From Bacillota bacterium (GTDB lineage Bacteria; Bacillota; SHA-98; UBA4971): DNA of 58,850 bases. Below the pieces are notes generated by a model. The model ran no database searches. It was not told the DNA's origin and saw only the letters and a list, made by a program, of their open reading frames with translations. The position numbers were made by a program, and so were the translations under genes. The DNA is taken from the NCBI GenBank assembly GCA_012841305.1, contig DUVA01000181.1, positions 1-58,850 on the forward strand. Direction: 5' to 3'. Shown here one piece after another: positions 56,461-58,850 of the stretch (its first letter is position 1; every line of letters begins with the position of its first letter).

Positions 56461-57263
56461 CAGGAATTCCGCAAGCGCCGTTTTTCCTGGATATATATTC
56501 GAACCAGCACTCTGGTTATGGCCGTCAGATTAAATGGGAGTCTTACCCATCTATGAGAGAGCATATAGGGCCCCCTTTCCCCTACCCGGGCGGAAGCCTT
56601 ATTGACAATCCCAAAGCTCTTTTAGGGGGGCTCAGTCGAATGGCTTGCCCGGAGAGCCATTCCGGTTTTGCTTCATGATTCTCCGCGTCTTTTGCGGGGC
56701 GATAGTTCGCGTGGTCGAAAAACAACCACCGTGAGGCTCTTTGGTGGTTGATTCTCAACCATCTTTTTCAGCGCATTCGCTTGGATGGTTGAGAATCGAC
56801 CATCTTAGGGCTTGTTAATGGTTGATTATCGACCACGATCATGCCTCCAGGGGGCAGAATATAGAACACCTCATCACAGAGAATCCCTTCACATGAAGAT
56901 TGTGGATACAAAATCGACCACATTTTTAGAAAAGGTGAACGAAAATCTACCAGCTTTTCCAATACCGTGGTAGAAAACCTTCCACCTGAGCCTCAAAGAG
57001 CTATCAAAATCCCTCTTCAGCCCAAAAATGTGGTCGAAAATCAACCACTATTGCCGTTTGGGGTGGTCGAAAACCGACCATTTTCCGGCTTTTTGCTGCA
57101 GAAATCCCAAAAGGTGGTTGAAAGTGAACCGGCGTTTTGAAAAGAGTGGTTGAAAATCGACCATGTTCATGTTAACCGTAAGCGCCAAACAGCGCCCACT
57201 GCTCCCTTGCAGTGTTCATGCTGGTTCACCACATGATACACTCTATGGCTTGCGGAATTCCTG
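56461..57263. mobile_element. 803-bp non-coding TIR-bounded insertion (MITE-like) with target-site duplication
   Basis: Perfect 16-bp inverted termini CAGGAATTCCGCAAGC/GCTTGCGGAATTCCTG. Flanking direct repeat is GCTTGGGG(AG)/GCTTGGGG(G). The empty site is seen in copy B (CGCTTGGGGAGCCGTCCCC). No ORF with an RBS lies inside. Confidence 0.8.
56711..57164. repeat. Array of 11 imperfect 19-20-bp palindromes, GTGGTYGA-N3-TCRACCAC
   Basis: Copies at 56711, 56744, 56785, 56818, 56902, 56935, 56967, 57030, 57063, 57114 and 57146. Six neighbour spacings are 32-33 bp. Confidence 0.85.
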
Positions 57264-57385
57264 GCTTGGGGGCCGTCCCCGAGTGCAACACCGGCAACCC
57301 TCAACGGTACGTATACTTTCTGGAACTGGCGATTGCTTACGGTGTTCTGCTTGGATGCACTTTTGAGGCGGCAAATAGACTGGTG

Positions 57386-58171
57386 TCAATCGATGGCTGC
57401 TTCTCTAATCCTCTGAATCGCTTTAGTCTTGCCGGTACCGTAATCAACAGTGACCACCGCACCACACAGCTCAGTCGGCCCTGACGCAATCTGAAACTGC
57501 CTTGGCAGTCCTGTTAGGAAACGGTCTATTATGATATCAGTTCTTACTCCCAGAACTGAGTTTACCGGGCCTGTCATACCCAAATCAGATATATAACCTG
57601 TACCTTCCGGGAGAATTCTCTCATCTGCAGTCTGGACGTGGGTATGTGTCCCGACAATGCACGCAACCCGGCCATCGAGGAACCAACCCATAGCGATTTT
57701 CTCAGAGGTGGCTTCAGCATGGAAGTCCACGACAATTAAGTCACACTTCTCTGATAGCTCAGTCACAATAGCGTCAGCGACTCGAAAAGGACAGTCCAGG
57801 GGGGACATGAACACACGGCCGATCAAATTCACGACACCAAGTCTGATTCCGTTTGAAAGGTTTATGACAGTAGCTCCCTTGCCTGGAGCACCAGGGGGGT
57901 AGTTGGCAGGACGCAGAATGCGCGTGTTATCTTCAAGGAACCTGTAGAGTTCTTTCTTTTGCCAGACATGGTTCCCGGTTGTCAGAACCGAAATTCCAAG
58001 GCCAAACAACTCTTCAGCAGTATCCTGAGTAAGCCCAAGGCCTCCTGCTGCATTCTCACCATTGGCTATTATGGCGTCAGGCTTATAAGTATTGACAAGT
58101 TCAGGTAAAGCGGTCTTCACTGCACGCCGCCCGGGTCTGCCTACGATATCACCTATAAAAAGAAGATTCAA
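57386..58171 (-). CDS. ymdB: YmdB-family metallophosphoesterase (2',3'-cyclic-nucleotide phosphodiesterase, TIGR00282-like)
   Basis: LNLLFIGDIVGRPGR, GENAAGG, GNHVW, DFHAEATSEK, GTHTHVQTADE. TTG start at 58171 lies 7 nt after AGGAGG. Confidence 0.9.
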   Translation of the reverse strand: MNLLFIGDIVGRPGRRAVKTALPELVNTYKPDAIIANGENAAGGLGLTQDTAEELFGLGISVLTTGNHVWQKKELYRFLEDNTRILRPANYPPGAPGKGATVINLSNGIRLGVVNLIGRVFMSPLDCPFRVADAIVTELSEKCDLIVVDFHAEATSEKIAMGWFLDGRVACIVGTHTHVQTADERILPEGTGYISDLGMTGPVNSVLGVRTDIIIDRFLTGLPRQFQIASGPTELCGAVVTVDYGTGKTKAIQRIREAAID

Positions 58172-58190
58172 CCGGTGTCCTCCTAGAGCC

Positions 58191-58835
58191 TTAAGATTTC
58201 GTGCGCTCAGTCTGCTTATTGAAAACAAGAACGCGTCCTTCTTCGCGAAATCCTATTAGCTTTCTTTGCTGCACAGACTCTCTCAAATCGTCCAGCATAG
58301 TCTCGATCATTTCATCTTGATATACCAATTCTTCTTCGAATTCGCCTTCTTCGCTGTTCCCCTCACTTATCAGTTCAGAACCCAGCGCGTATCTGGCAAG
58401 TTCAATTATGAGAGATATTTCCTCTTGGGTCAGGGTGGCAACATCCCGAGATATCTCCACAATAGATACACTGTCAAACTCCAGTCGCTCTGCTTTGACC
58501 CTTGGAGCTCCCCTATGCACCAGAGAGGCGTACACTTCCACACTCTCAAAGAGTTTGTGGCAGAAGGCATCCCACAATCGGTCGGAAATAGAAGATGATG
58601 TCATGAACGTAAACTTAAGAATCTTGCCTTCCGGAACGAAGTTTACCGTCGCTATTTCCGGATAGCGAACCAGTATGGAAATGAGAAGGCTTACACTGTT
58701 TGCCGTGCTGTCAGAAATAGCTTCCAATTGGGTATCAGCGTCATCCACTGTGACCACCCCTCCTTGCGTCCTGTTCTCGCAGCTCAACTGAGAGTTCGCC
58801 ATAGGGGCAAAAACTCCTGCTAAGACAGTTCTCAT
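58191..58835 (-). CDS. Hypothetical acidic protein (no family recognised); start uncertain and close to the window edge
   Basis: Long ORF ending 19 nt upstream of the ymdB start. No motif recognised. It occupies the position where rny lies in Bacillus but is not RNase Y-like. Confidence 0.45.
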   Translation of the reverse strand: MRTVLAGVFAPMANSQLSCENRTQGGVVTVDDADTQLEAISDSTANSVSLLISILVRYPEIATVNFVPEGKILKFTFMTSSSISDRLWDAFCHKLFESVEVYASLVHRGAPRVKAERLEFDSVSIVEISRDVATLTQEEISLIIELARYALGSELISEGNSEEGEFEEELVYQDEMIETMLDDLRESVQQRKLIGFREEGRVLVFNKQTERTKS

Positions 58836-58850
58836 GAATCTTGGCGGGGC

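Larger units (their letters stand above)
56217..57354 (+). repeat. Copy D: composite repeat made of the core carrying H (56234-56341), M2 (56375-57300) and, inside M2, an 803-bp element
   Basis: Colinear with copy B outside the insertions. Ends are CTTAAGTATGAG...GGTGTTCTGCTTGG. Confidence 0.85.

Noticed and set aside
56895-56925. DnaA box (TGTGGATAC) and A/T-rich stretches suggesting a chromosomal replication origin
   Set aside because: There is only a single near-consensus box, no dnaA/dnaN context, and the sequence lies inside a TIR-bounded insertion. I kept it only as a hint of iteron-like function.
56711-57164. Possible CRISPR array
   Set aside because: The repeats are only 19-20 bp, degenerate and internally palindromic across their full length. 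The intervening segments are 12-65 bp and partly similar to each other. No cas genes or leader are present.

Overview
This is a chromosomal segment from a spore-forming anaerobic Firmicute, with about 50% GC by eye and almost all genes on the minus strand. From left to right it contains: (1) an O2/NO-detoxification set (fprA 3' end, hrb, and a ferritin-like gene). (2) A complete nine-gene lysine-fermentation operon (kdd-kamA-P-loop-kamD-kamE-kal-kce-atoD-atoA) behind a near-consensus sigma-54 promoter. (3) GH144-like, ddh and D-aminoacylase genes appended to the rluD-lgt-lspA-ylyA unit. (4) sepF, ylmE and nrdR-nrdD-nrdG. (5) An inverted sigG-spoIIR-ylmC block next to spoIIGA-sigE. (6) A long dcw cluster (ftsZ, ftsA, sbp, DUF881, ftsQ, murA, murB, murC, murG, ftsW, mraY, murF, murE, pbp, ftsL, rsmH, mraZ) that lacks murD. 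(7) spoVS and ymdB. I saw no rRNA, tRNA, CRISPR, prophage or classical defence genes. Two things stand out. First, a self-contained three-gene operon (48.1-55.1 kb) encodes two paralogous ~800-aa polytopic membrane proteins, each with two GldG/DUF4350-like ectodomains, plus a secreted protein with a ~220-aa Thr-Cys ladder (about 45 Cys) fused to a beta-propeller. I cannot place this operon in any described system. Second, a mosaic family of nested palindromic intergenic elements occurs in four full copies and one remnant, all full copies in one orientation. The largest copy (56.2-57.4 kb) carries an 803-bp element bounded by terminal inverted repeats and a target-site duplication. That element holds an array of 11 phased 19-bp palindromes (GTGGTYGA-N3-TCRACCAC) resembling an iteron or centromere array. 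All coordinates and motif calls come from reading the sequence by eye, and family assignments are from memory of the protein families.
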